Source: Puniceicoccaceae bacterium
GTDB lineage: Bacteria > Verrucomicrobiota > Verrucomicrobiia > Opitutales > Oceanipulchritudinaceae
Assembly: GCA_040830765.1 (NCBI GenBank)
Contig: JBFOMH010000017.1
Span: 32,001-96,000 of the forward strand
Length of the DNA: 64,000 nt
Direction of reading: 5' to 3'
Each line of letters starts with the position of its first letter. Within the stretch, counting starts at the first letter, position 1. Under the pieces are notes generated by a model. That model was not told where the DNA came from. It worked only from the letters and a program-made list of their open reading frames with translations, and searched no databases. Positions 34,802 to 44,412 of the stretch are shown one piece after another. The position numbers and the translations under genes are program-made.

Positions 34802-37284
34802 GTGCGGGTGGTGGCAGTATCAAGTACTGGGAGTATCAGGGATCCCTTGCAGGAGTCATCTGTAATGGACCAGTCGATACGCTGGAGGAAATTATTGTCG
34901 ACGGGGAGACCGCGTGGAAGGGTCCATTGCACAGGGGCAGCTCCACCAACTATTCCACAATCACTTTGGATTCGAGGAGGGTTGTCCGGTTCTATTGGGG
35001 GACTGAGATCCAATCCGTGGATCCGCTGTTGATTTCAGGCGGAAATAACTATTCCCAAAGCCATCCCGCTTACAAGGGAGTGTGCTACATTGTGTTGGTG
35101 GATTTCTTCTTTGGCAGGGAACGCACCAGTGCGCCGAATGTGGAAGTAATTGTCAGTCGAAAGCCTGCGCAGGATGTTTTATCGGGAACTGTGGCAGCAC
35201 TTTCAGATGGTCAGGCTTCTCCCTTGTGTTCGCTTGCTGATTTCTTTACGCATCCGCGCTATGCACTTGGACTATCCCCGTCCTGCTTCGATTCAGTTTC
35301 GTGGGGGAGTGCAGCGGATCAACTTTACCAGGGCGCAATGCAGGCCAATACCTATGTATCCGCACTTCTAAACCAGCAGGTGCCGGCTCGGAAAGCCGCA
35401 GCAGAAATGTTCCTCAATGCGGACCTGTGGCTGAGGTTCAATCCAGAGATTGATAAAATCGAGGCAGGACTCTTTCCACATGATCCATCGATGGATGTCA
35501 GTGGCTTACCACTTCTGACAGCGGATGATCTCACGGAGCGCCCCCGGTTCGACGGTGGAGGATGGGGTGAGAGTGAAACGGGTTGGGCGATCACCTTCAC
35601 GGACCGGGATCGTGGATTCAAGGAGACTACTGAGAAGCATGACGACTTAAGGGCATTACGCATTGTAGGTGATCATCGCCGGGCAACTCTCAAGCGTCCC
35701 TGGATAATGAGGCGCAAGCAGGCTTTCTTTCATGTTACCGAATACGGAAAAGCAAAGGGGCAGCCCGTTATTACGGGAGAGTTGAGCGTTCGTAGGGCAA
35801 GAGGGATGGATATCCGTCCCGGAGATTTGATTCGTGTGGATATGGATCCGGAACCCGGAGGCATGCAATTGCAGCAGGTATGCCGGGTAAAGGAGCGGAC
35901 CATTCCACAGACAGGTCCCATCAAACTCAGCCTTGAAGTGGAAACAGGAATTTCACCGGTTGTCTATATCCCCGAAGCTGATTTGCCCGATGCTCCACAA
36001 TCATCGGAACCACCGGAAGTCACCAATCACCGCATCTTTGAAATGCCAGCCCCTCTGGCTTCCTCAAGTAATGAAGTGGGTGTGCTGGCCAGGCGTCCCC
36101 ATGGAATGGTCACCGGAATCAATGTCTACTATGACAGTGCGCAAACCGGCTCTTTCCAGCTCCTCGGTGTCCAGGAGGAATTTGCACTCTGGGGACAACC
36201 CTCGGAAGGGTGGTCAGCGGACGATGATGGACCGTTTGAAGTGGAGATTTACTCATCCGTTGATCGTGACCTGTTAATTGATGATGATCCCGGCCCCACC
36301 GCTGCAAGGGATAACCAGTTGCTGATGGTATGCCTGCAAATCGACGAGAACGGCAACATTGCCCAGGACGCAAACGGCCTCGCCATAATGGAAATCCTCT
36401 CAATCGAGTCCTTTGTTCAAACAGGCCATGAGACCTATGCTGTCACAGCCTACCGGGAGCGCTACGGAACAAAGAAGAACTCCTTCTGGCATGGCGCCAG
36501 TGAATGCTGGATCATTCCGTCCTTTGGACTGAAGGGATTTGTGCACCGGGATTTCGCATCGCTCCAAGCACAAGAGCGGGGAGGATATTTCCGCCTCCAG
36601 CCATTCAACATGTTCTCCCAGCGTGAGCTCTCTTCATGCGCGGACATTCCCTTCTCATTTCCGGTAGCGGCTGCCTATGCTCCGCAGGTCAGCTTTACGA
36701 CACCGGCAAGCTCAAGCCTGCAGTACGCGACTCCTCCCGGATTCGTTGAATTTGCGGGAGATGTGGTCGATGCTGACGGTAACCTGACCACGTTCTCCAT
36801 GATCTTAAGGGCATCGGATGGAAGTGAGCTAACACTCGCAACAGTTCCATTGAACCAGACTGGATATTTCCATTTCGAGCAGACTGTGGATTTGAGCCTG
36901 CCAGGTGTATTCACAGTTATCGCTCGTGCCCAGGATAGCTCTGGGGCCGTATCAGAGGCCCAGATCACAATCGAGAACGGTCAGCCGGCAGGTAAGGTGG
37001 CGACTCCGCTGATTAGCCCGAATGGTGGCGACATCCTGAGGCCTCAAACTGTATCTATCTCCTGTTCCACTCCTGACTCTCAAATTGAGTACAAGATTGG
37101 CCCAATAGGCATGCCATCCACAACGGGTTCCTATACCCCATATACTGATCCTTTCCTGATTGATCCAATGATGCGGGTATGGGCAAGGGCTACGGCCAGC
37201 GGGTTGACAGATTCGGATTATGCAAGGGCGGATTTCTACCTCGATGATATCTACAATGACGGAAAGCAGTACATAATCCCATGA
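34798..37284 (+). CDS. Tail-tip/host-specificity protein with C-terminal Ig/Fn3-like domains
   Basis: AGVICNGPVD..RFYWG..HPAYKGVCY..PNVEV..IRPGDLI; VATPLISPNGG..TVSISC.TP...I.Y. Confidence 0.8.
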   Translation: MSAGGGSIKYWEYQGSLAGVICNGPVDTLEEIIVDGETAWKGPLHRGSSTNYSTITLDSRRVVRFYWGTEIQSVDPLLISGGNNYSQSHPAYKGVCYIVLVDFFFGRERTSAPNVEVIVSRKPAQDVLSGTVAALSDGQASPLCSLADFFTHPRYALGLSPSCFDSVSWGSAADQLYQGAMQANTYVSALLNQQVPARKAAAEMFLNADLWLRFNPEIDKIEAGLFPHDPSMDVSGLPLLTADDLTERPRFDGGGWGESETGWAITFTDRDRGFKETTEKHDDLRALRIVGDHRRATLKRPWIMRRKQAFFHVTEYGKAKGQPVITGELSVRRARGMDIRPGDLIRVDMDPEPGGMQLQQVCRVKERTIPQTGPIKLSLEVETGISPVVYIPEADLPDAPQSSEPPEVTNHRIFEMPAPLASSSNEVGVLARRPHGMVTGINVYYDSAQTGSFQLLGVQEEFALWGQPSEGWSADDDGPFEVEIYSSVDRDLLIDDDPGPTAARDNQLLMVCLQIDENGNIAQDANGLAIMEILSIESFVQTGHETYAVTAYRERYGTKKNSFWHGASECWIIPSFGLKGFVHRDFASLQAQERGGYFRLQPFNMFSQRELSSCADIPFSFPVAAAYAPQVSFTTPASSSLQYATPPGFVEFAGDVVDADGNLTTFSMILRASDGSELTLATVPLNQTGYFHFEQTVDLSLPGVFTVIARAQDSSGAVSEAQITIENGQPAGKVATPLISPNGGDILRPQTVSISCSTPDSQIEYKIGPIGMPSTTGSYTPYTDPFLIDPMMRVWARATASGLTDSDYARADFYLDDIYNDGKQYIIP

Positions 37285-37709
37285 TCCCCACTGAAATCAT
37301 AACCTTTACCGCGGCCACTGCCATTGGTGCCTGGATAAAGCTCAAGTCCAAGCAGATGGAGGTGCAAAAGCACAATGCGGACCTTTGGGCTCAGAAAGCC
37401 GGGGTAATCATGGATGACCGCACCCGTGCCCGGGAGTTTGTACCGCCGGGTGGTCCATGGGTGAGGCGGCTGATTGTGATCTCCGTTCTCTTCGCAGTGT
37501 TCATCGCGCCGTTCATCCTGGCCGCCTTCTTCCCCCAGACTCCGGTGTTCTTCGCCTATGCTGAGAAGAGCAGGGGATTTTTGTTCCTGCTAGAGTCTTT
37601 GGACCAGATGCAGTTCCAAGAGATGAGCGGTTATGTGATCCTCCCTGTCCACACGCAGATGGCGGCGGCGATTAGTGGATTTTATTTTGGGGGTGGTTTG
37701 GCGAAGTAG
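37281..37709 (+). CDS. Holin-like membrane protein
   Basis: TM helices, WVRRLI, GFYFG C-terminus; follows the tail genes. Confidence 0.6.
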   Translation: MIPTEIITFTAATAIGAWIKLKSKQMEVQKHNADLWAQKAGVIMDDRTRAREFVPPGGPWVRRLIVISVLFAVFIAPFILAAFFPQTPVFFAYAEKSRGFLFLLESLDQMQFQEMSGYVILPVHTQMAAAISGFYFGGGLAK

Positions 37710-37793
37710 ATTGGTTGTTCCACCTACTTGCTGCATTTTCCACTAAGAGGAGATTGTCATGGATGGGTTGAGAATACTAAAATCCATGGGCAC

Positions 37794-39014
37794 ATGGATA
37801 AGTCCGAATCCATCATCTTCCACAGGATCCTTAACTTGGGTCAACTGACCGCTATGCGCGAGTGGATTAAGGCCGGTAAACAGCTTCATGAGAATAAGGG
37901 GAGAAACCACAGGCGTGCGAAGAGTGCACTGGAAATAGCAGTACGATCAGGTTTCCATGGCATGGTGGAAATGCTCCTGGAGGAGGCTAAGTGGAGCGAT
38001 GAGGATTTGAATACCTCACTGTATATAGCTGGGACAGAGGAGAGGGCGGACCTGATGAACCTGCTGCTCGACCATGGGGCACCAGCAGAGTGTGCATCAC
38101 CAAGTGATGTTTTGTGCACAATGGATTTTGAGCTGATTAATCGCTTCATGAAACTGGGGATGGATCTGACTGAGGAGGATGCGTTCTATGATGCATTGGA
38201 TACCAAGCGGGCACGACCACTTCTAAGATTGTATAAGGCAAACCGCGAGAAGTACCCGGAGCTGGAAGTGCAGATTGCCAAGGCCCTTGTCAGCGCAGTA
38301 GAGAAAAAGAAGGTTAAGTGGGCAATCCTGCTTCTTTGGGCCGGTGCAGATCCCACTCTGGAAGTATCACTGCATCATTATGGGCCGCTTGAAAAAGACG
38401 GATGGGGAACCACGGCAATGGAGGAAGCCTACCAGCATGCAGACCTGGAGTATATCCGTGCACTGAAGCTGGATAGATATCCTGTTAACCTTGATAAAAT
38501 TCTGTGGTACCAGTCCATCGATCCGAAATTGGATGTCATTGAGGATCTCTTGAAGGAAGCGAAGCCTCAAGATTTGAATACCAAGGCGAACAATTCAAGT
38601 GCGGCTCTGGAGTCATTTGTATCGTATGAACAGTATTCCTGGAGCCACGACTGGTATCCGAAGGAAAAAGCAAAAAGGAGGATCAAGGCGATTGATATGA
38701 TCTTGAAGGCTGGTGGAAGATGGGATCCGGACAAGGATGATTTTCGGCATGACAGGTCCGGTCTGGCATCGAACGGGAAGGAGCATGTTGTCCAGGTTGT
38801 CCGGTTGCTGATGTACACACCGGGTGCTGCACCATTTGAAAAGATATGGGAGCTATGTCGTACCCCGAAACTAACTGATATGATCCGCACAGCCGACATG
38901 AAGTTGTGGTGGGAGTTGAAGGACAAGGTGAAAGCCATAGATCCCAAGGCAGCTACCAGCGGGAAGTCCTTATTGCCCCGATCGCCTCGAGAATTTCGTT
39001 CACATCATGAGTGA
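37794..39014 (+). CDS. Ankyrin-repeat protein
   Basis: SALEIAVRSGFHGMVEMLLE, LLLDHGA, LLLWAGADP. Confidence 0.75.
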   Translation: MDKSESIIFHRILNLGQLTAMREWIKAGKQLHENKGRNHRRAKSALEIAVRSGFHGMVEMLLEEAKWSDEDLNTSLYIAGTEERADLMNLLLDHGAPAECASPSDVLCTMDFELINRFMKLGMDLTEEDAFYDALDTKRARPLLRLYKANREKYPELEVQIAKALVSAVEKKKVKWAILLLWAGADPTLEVSLHHYGPLEKDGWGTTAMEEAYQHADLEYIRALKLDRYPVNLDKILWYQSIDPKLDVIEDLLKEAKPQDLNTKANNSSAALESFVSYEQYSWSHDWYPKEKAKRRIKAIDMILKAGGRWDPDKDDFRHDRSGLASNGKEHVVQVVRLLMYTPGAAPFEKIWELCRTPKLTDMIRTADMKLWWELKDKVKAIDPKAATSGKSLLPRSPREFRSHHE

Positions 39015-40197
39015 CACCCAGCCTTGGTTCACATTCAGGGTAGGGGCCTCCCATCTCGATTGCGTCAGGATCAAATCCACCGTCAATTTCTGGATCGGGA
39101 TAGCAGCATAAAAGCGGATCCATCTTGCAGGCGACATTTCTTGCCCAGAATAGCCACTGATACCTTTCTTCTGTGATGTCAGGACTCCACCGGTCCTCTA
39201 CCTCCTGCGCAAAGCGCATGATCCGTTCGCTCTCTTCCCAGAGCCTTGCTGCGCGAACAAGAGTGCGTTCCCGGGCAATCAATGCCTCCTTGATCATGCC
39301 CATATGTTCGCGGATGCGCTGTTGTTCCCTGTATCGCTTTTCCGCTTCCTCACGTTCCTTCTCCCTGCGGATTTCTGCTAGGCGCCGTTCCTCCATGTCA
39401 GTTAGTACCTCGTCAATGCGCTGGACGACCTCAGGAACAAATTCAATCAGGGTTTTCCTCTTACCTTCCTTCCAGCTCTTCCGGCCCCAGAACCTGTGAG
39501 AGCTTTCCAGATGAACCCGCATCTTACCTGTAGGCACCCAGATCCGCAGATCCCACTCCCAGCTGGGAGTGCGCTTCTCTTCCTCGGTGGGTTCACGTTC
39601 TTGACGTTCGATCAATTCCTCAATGAAGAGACCAACATCGAAGCCATCGCGCTTCATGAGCAGTTCACCGGTGTCAAGATCACGACCAAGCTTTATGCCC
39701 AGGTCCTGCACCGCGTAAAACACCTGGCTCAAGAATTCTGCCAACCTTTCTCCACATTCCAAACTAACTAGAATCCTGGGAAGATCCACCCGGCTCATTT
39801 CAGATAGACCATTTTTATCAACCTTTGCATTTGGAAGCATTTTCAAGAATCGGGCTGCCAGCGGATGGGTCTTCTCTTTCGCTTTTTCCACTGATGGAGC
39901 GATCTGGGCTAGACCCTCCCGCTTAACCTGAACTGCTTCCTCGGCTCTCTTGCGCCTATCTTTGTTGAGCCCAATGTCGATAGAGATGTCCACATTCTCA
40001 CCTTTGGGCAGCGGTTCTCTCTTCAACTTATGCCCTGCTGCAAGCTTGGCCCAATATCCCCTGGGAGGTCGGGGAATATCGTGCTTTCTGCAGATTTTAG
40101 CCAACCCAACATCCGATAGGCCGTATTCCTTGGACAATTTGGTGATAGGTGTAGACCAGATTCTCTTATAAAGGGATTTTCTGGAAATAGTCTTCAT
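38953..40197 (-). CDS. Mobile-element-associated protein with N-terminal HTH
   Basis: RBS AAGGAGG; SRKSLYKRIWSTPITKLSKEYGLSDVGLAKICRKHDIPRPPRGYWAK. Confidence 0.8.
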   Translation of the reverse strand: MKTISRKSLYKRIWSTPITKLSKEYGLSDVGLAKICRKHDIPRPPRGYWAKLAAGHKLKREPLPKGENVDISIDIGLNKDRRKRAEEAVQVKREGLAQIAPSVEKAKEKTHPLAARFLKMLPNAKVDKNGLSEMSRVDLPRILVSLECGERLAEFLSQVFYAVQDLGIKLGRDLDTGELLMKRDGFDVGLFIEELIERQEREPTEEEKRTPSWEWDLRIWVPTGKMRVHLESSHRFWGRKSWKEGKRKTLIEFVPEVVQRIDEVLTDMEERRLAEIRREKEREEAEKRYREQQRIREHMGMIKEALIARERTLVRAARLWEESERIMRFAQEVEDRWSPDITEERYQWLFWARNVACKMDPLLCCYPDPEIDGGFDPDAIEMGGPYPECEPRLGVTHDVNEILEAIGAIRTSRW

Positions 40198-40373
40198 AGT
40201 CCGCCTCCTTAGTTCGTGCGGACTTACCATATCACCGTGATCTATGTGTGTGAAGCAGGGAATTGAAACGTCAGCGCAGAAGTGTTTGTTCGATCTTTAC
40301 CGGTCCATACCCAAATGGCGACGTTGGTCAGTGGATTCATCGTAGGGGGTTGGCTGACTATGTAGGACCAAAT

Positions 40374-40469
40374 GTCCCTCAGCAGACCGGTCGGTTTGAG
40401 AGACATCCGGATTTTTTCATTTCCCACAAACGGTCTGAGAGGCATCTGGATTTTTTCATTTTCCACAAA
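40374..40469 (+). repeat. 57-bp dispersed repeat, copy B, plus a tandem duplicate of its last 39 bp
   Basis: 40374-40430 matches 5552-5608 at 54/57; 40431-40469 repeats 40392-40430 with 4 mismatches. Confidence 0.92.
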
Positions 40470-40489
40470 GCATTTTTGATCCACCTATA

Positions 40490-40506
40490 AACCTGTAATA
40501 TAGCTT
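40490..40506. promoter_or_regulatory. Putative FadR/GntR operator overlapping a -35 TTGACA
   Basis: AACCTGTAATATAGCTT, a variant of the palindrome at 44371. Confidence 0.6.
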
Positions 40507-40549
40507 GACAGGAAGGTCGATACTGTAGAAGAGTCTTCTAGCAATTGAA

Positions 40550-42247
40550 ATGGATACGTTATTACTAATTGGGCTGGTAGTGAGTGGTTACTTCGGGATT
40601 ACGATACTGATCGGGATTTTATTTTCGCGTCATATCAAATCAAGCGGTGATTATTATAAAGGCGGGAGTGTTATTCCGTGGTGGGCTGCAGGATTATCCC
40701 AGTACATGGCCGGATTCTCATCCTATTCATTTGTTGTTGTAGCGGGTGTAATTTATGCAAAAGGAGCATTTGGAGTATTATGGGCTTTAATTGGGCCCGT
40801 AAGCATACTAATTGGAGCTCGTTTGTTTAGCCACTTGTGGCACCGGTCTGGAATTACAACTCCAATAGAGTTTCTTGAAGAACGGTTCTCAGGGGGAATG
40901 AAACAGTTTTTTGCCTGGATGGGTATACTCAGCAGGCCCTTGAGCAATGGAGTTCGATTGGCAGCCTTTGGGATATTGATTTCCGCTTTATTAGGATTTG
41001 GAATGTCCGATATCCTTAATGGATCAATCCCAGTGCCTGTGATGGTTGTTGTTATTGGTGGACTAGTCGTATGCGCCTATACTCTTTTGGGGGGACTCTT
41101 TGGCGCTGTTGTAACGGATGTTCTTCAATTCATAATCCTTCAGACGGCACTAATTCCTTTATTTGTTTTATGCTATATTGAGGTAGGTGGCATAGGTGGA
41201 TTTATAGCACAGACACCTTCGGGATTTTTAGCGATGCCAGGGCTGGAGAGTACAGAGTGGCTTTGGTTGTTTGCCTGGTGTGTAATTTTCTTCTGCGATT
41301 ATAATGCTGGTCAATGGGGATTGATTACTCGTTACATTTGTACGAAGTCTGAAAGAGATGCTCGAAAAGTAGGGCTTCTTGCGGGAATCCTTTACCTGCC
41401 TATGACAATTCTTGTAATGTTCCCCATTCTTGTTGCAAGGATGCTTAATCCTGAGATCCATCCGGAATCTTCGTTTGGATGGATAATTCAAGAAGTATTT
41501 CCGCCTGGGATGGTTGCAATAATGCTTGCCGCGATGTTTGCAGCAACATTATCCACAATCAGTGCTGAATTGAATACCCTATCAGGGGTATTTACTGTGG
41601 ATGTTTACAAACGATTTTTCCACCCGATGGCTACTGAGGGAAATCTGGTGTTAGCTGGGCGAGTTATGACCATGCTTATCGGGATATCAACCATCGCCAT
41701 CAGTATCGTAATACTGTTGTGGGCGAATTCAATTTTGTCAGTTGCTCAAGAGATGGCAACTTACCTCGTCTTACCCAGTTCAACAGTCTTCCTGCTTGGC
41801 CTAATGACATGGAAAACTGGAACAAAGGGAGCGCTCTCCGCGCTGGTCTCCGGGATTATTTTCGGTTGGCTTGGAAAAATCATTGCCTTAAAAATGGGTT
41901 GGGAAGGCAATATCGTTATTTTTTTCCAAAATGGGCTAGCTGTTTTTGTGACGGCTGGATTATTTTTTGCTGTAGGAACACTTTTTCCTCAAAAAGGGGA
42001 TTTGGCAAAGAGGGCTCAGAACTTTCGAAAGCGTCTCGGCCAGAGATCTGTCGAACAATTAACGGAGGTGAATTCCAGTTTTCCTGCGCCGCTTAGAATT
42101 GTGGGAATTAGTGTGGTTTTAATAGCGGTTATGCTCCTTGCTACACTCCTGCACCCTTCGAATTTTGACGGTACAATTGTTATCGCATCGACTGGAGGAA
42201 TTCTCCTCTTTGGCGGACTTATACTATGCCGCGCAAACAAAGTTTAA
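40550..42247 (+). CDS. Sodium:solute symporter
   Basis: DYYKGG..PWWAAGLS..TPIEFLEERF..YTLLGGL.GAVVTDVLQ..AATLSTIS. Confidence 0.92.
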   Translation: MDTLLLIGLVVSGYFGITILIGILFSRHIKSSGDYYKGGSVIPWWAAGLSQYMAGFSSYSFVVVAGVIYAKGAFGVLWALIGPVSILIGARLFSHLWHRSGITTPIEFLEERFSGGMKQFFAWMGILSRPLSNGVRLAAFGILISALLGFGMSDILNGSIPVPVMVVVIGGLVVCAYTLLGGLFGAVVTDVLQFIILQTALIPLFVLCYIEVGGIGGFIAQTPSGFLAMPGLESTEWLWLFAWCVIFFCDYNAGQWGLITRYICTKSERDARKVGLLAGILYLPMTILVMFPILVARMLNPEIHPESSFGWIIQEVFPPGMVAIMLAAMFAATLSTISAELNTLSGVFTVDVYKRFFHPMATEGNLVLAGRVMTMLIGISTIAISIVILLWANSILSVAQEMATYLVLPSSTVFLLGLMTWKTGTKGALSALVSGIIFGWLGKIIALKMGWEGNIVIFFQNGLAVFVTAGLFFAVGTLFPQKGDLAKRAQNFRKRLGQRSVEQLTEVNSSFPAPLRIVGISVVLIAVMLLATLLHPSNFDGTIVIASTGGILLFGGLILCRANKV

Positions 42248-42284
42248 AAGCCTTACTGCGTTTGTGGGTAAGCCATATAATGCT

Positions 42285-43517
42285 TTAACCTAGACTTGCC
42301 TCGAGTGCTTCTGAGAATACCTGCAAGGAAGTTGAAACAATATTTGGCCTGTGGGCTAACATCAAGCAAAGTGATAGCCCACGGACATCCTTGCGGATAA
42401 GCACACCTCTCTTTGCACATTCTATCAGAAACCTGTCGTTTAGCGCTGCTTCTACTTTCTCTTCTCGTTTGAATCGGAATGTTATTCCCGGCAGTGGATC
42501 ATCGGTTTCGGCAAGAATTCCTTTATCCTTTGCAATTTCCTGTATTCCCTCTGTAAGAAGCTTACTAATATGATGCAGCTGCTGAGGCACCCTTTCCTCC
42601 TTTAAAATGGATATTGTTTCAATAGACGCTACAATTGACAGTGATTCGCTAGCGTACGTCGAGCTAATCCAATTGTCTGCAATTGCTTCCATGAAGCTGT
42701 CTTTTCCAACTAATGCCGCAATTGGCATGCCATTAGCCATGCTCTTTGCAAAAGTAGCCAAGTCTGGTATGACTCCATACTTTTCCTGAGCACCTCCCAG
42801 GGCGTAGCGAAATCCCGTAATAATTTCATCGAAAATCAATACGGCCCCCTTTTCATCAGCCAGTGAGCGCAAGCCCTCCAGAAAACCAAGGGGTGGATTA
42901 TGGCCGTATAATGCAGGAGTCACTATGATGGCGGCTACTTTGTTGCCTATCTTATCCATTAATGCGCGTGCCGATGCCAGATCACCAAAGCCAAATTCAT
43001 GTGTCAGGTCATGGACTGCATGCGGAATGCCATCTTTGGATTTTAGCAAGGCCCACCAGTCGTGCCAACCTGAATATCCGCAGGATAGGATGTGTTCTTT
43101 TCCTGTTGAAAGTCTCGCCGCTCGCACTGCTGCTGATGTTGCTTCAGCACCAGTCTTCAGCAATCTCACTTTTTCGGCACATGGGATTGTGTTTACAAGT
43201 AATTCTGCCAGTTCGATTTCTTCAGGGCACGGCAGCGAAAGCAGTGCACCCTTGTCTAGTTGTTTATGTATTCTACTGTCGATTCGCTCAATCCCATATC
43301 CAAGTACAATTGGGGCTAACGCAGCCACATAGTCTATATAGCGATTACCATCAAGATCCCAAACATAGGACCCTTTACCTCGGATCAGATAGGCAGGATA
43401 ATGGTCTATTCCACAAAAATTTGTCACCCTTTTGCTGATGGTGTGCGTTCCTCCGGGAATCACCTTTAAGGCTCTCTCCCAATGTAGTTTGGATACTGTG
43501 TGGTTATTTGTTTTCAT
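42285..43517 (-). CDS. Class III PLP aminotransferase (GSA-aminomutase-like)
   Basis: GKGSYVWDLDGNRYIDY, TGAEA, LIFDEIITGFR, DLATFAKSMANG. Confidence 0.9.
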   Translation of the reverse strand: MKTNNHTVSKLHWERALKVIPGGTHTISKRVTNFCGIDHYPAYLIRGKGSYVWDLDGNRYIDYVAALAPIVLGYGIERIDSRIHKQLDKGALLSLPCPEEIELAELLVNTIPCAEKVRLLKTGAEATSAAVRAARLSTGKEHILSCGYSGWHDWWALLKSKDGIPHAVHDLTHEFGFGDLASARALMDKIGNKVAAIIVTPALYGHNPPLGFLEGLRSLADEKGAVLIFDEIITGFRYALGGAQEKYGVIPDLATFAKSMANGMPIAALVGKDSFMEAIADNWISSTYASESLSIVASIETISILKEERVPQQLHHISKLLTEGIQEIAKDKGILAETDDPLPGITFRFKREEKVEAALNDRFLIECAKRGVLIRKDVRGLSLCLMLAHRPNIVSTSLQVFSEALEASLG

Positions 43518-43551
43518 ATTTGTGAATTTAGAATTTTCTTATGCTCCTATA

Positions 43552-43568
43552 AGGCTGTAATACAAGTA
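43552..43568. promoter_or_regulatory. Putative FadR/GntR operator in the divergent promoter
   Basis: AGGCTGTAATACAAGTA with the TGTAATACA core. Confidence 0.55.
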
Positions 43569-43629
43569 TAAAATTAGACAAACTTCTTGACCCTGTCGAA
43601 TCTCAGGCAAAAAATAATCAATAACCACT

Positions 43630-44343
43630 ATGAGAACTCTGAAAAAAGTGACGTTGGTAGACCAGGCAGTCCGGGAAATTTTCCTTTACATTCAAAACAA
43701 TGGTATGAAGCCGGATGATGTATTACCCTCCGAAGGGAAATTGTCAGAGTTTCTCGGAGTAAGCAGACCGGTGGTAAGGGAAGCGCTAAGAACCCTACAG
43801 GGGAGGGGTGTTCTTGATTTGGTAAATGGCAAAGGCGCTGTTGTGCGACCTGTTGATGGAAGTCTGCTTTCGACCTATTTTGACCGAATTGCGGAATCAG
43901 GCATTAGTAATCTGATTGAATTGGAAGAGGCGCGGCACGGATTGGACATGCATGCATCGAGGCTTGCTGCTGAGAAGCGCACGGAAGAAGGCATAGAAGC
44001 ACTTGATGAAGTTTTGACTGAAATGCGCGAGTGTGTCAGAGACACAAGAAAGTACAGCGATTTAAATGAGCGTTTTCATAAGTTGATCGCAGAAATCGGT
44101 GGTAACAGGATCATCATCAATCTCTCCGAAGCTCTCTCCGCAACCCTTGGAAATGCCCTTGAGCCGATTTACGATAGTGTCATTGATGAAGACCATTGGG
44201 TTGGTATTCATCCTTACCACGAAATGCTTTTCAAATACATAAAGGAGGGAAAGCCACAGGAGGCATCAGACATCACGCTCGAGCATTTGAGGTTTTCTCT
44301 GGAGCGAAAAAGGGACGAAGGAGCCCTCTCTTCAAACGAATAG
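43630..44343 (+). CDS. GntR/FadR family regulator
   Basis: LPSEGKLSEFLGVSRPVVREAL and an FCD domain. Confidence 0.92.
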   Translation: MRTLKKVTLVDQAVREIFLYIQNNGMKPDDVLPSEGKLSEFLGVSRPVVREALRTLQGRGVLDLVNGKGAVVRPVDGSLLSTYFDRIAESGISNLIELEEARHGLDMHASRLAAEKRTEEGIEALDEVLTEMRECVRDTRKYSDLNERFHKLIAEIGGNRIIINLSEALSATLGNALEPIYDSVIDEDHWVGIHPYHEMLFKYIKEGKPQEASDITLEHLRFSLERKRDEGALSSNE

Positions 44344-44370
44344 TTTTCGGGAGGAGTATTTTTTTGGTCT

Positions 44371-44387
44371 AACCTGTAATACAGGTT
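44371..44387. promoter_or_regulatory. Perfect palindromic operator
   Basis: AACCTGTA-A-TACAGGTT, overlapping TTGACA at 44386-44391. Confidence 0.75.
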
Positions 44388-44412
44388 GACAATAAGGATG
44401 TAATACCACTTA

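Larger units (their letters stand above)
1..40300 (+). mobile_element. Prophage (lambda-like head, long non-contractile tail with GTA-like tip); left end and integrase outside the window
   Basis: Contiguous replication, terminase, portal, S49 protease, capsid, tail, tape-measure and tail-tip genes. Right boundary is approximate (switch to metabolic genes at 40550). Confidence 0.93.

Noticed and set aside
37204..37209. TTGACA at 37204, and also at 4718, 40505 and 44386, as members of the late motif
   Set aside because: None has a gene start 13-16 nt downstream; the last two overlap operators and look like ordinary -35 elements.
40374..40469. 57-bp repeat as the attL/attR pair of the prophage
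   Set aside because: Copy A lies inside the prophage with replication genes to its left, so it cannot be the left att.
42285..43517. Calling the aminotransferase hemL
   Set aside because: The fold is GSA-like, but the catabolic context and divergence do not support the symbol.
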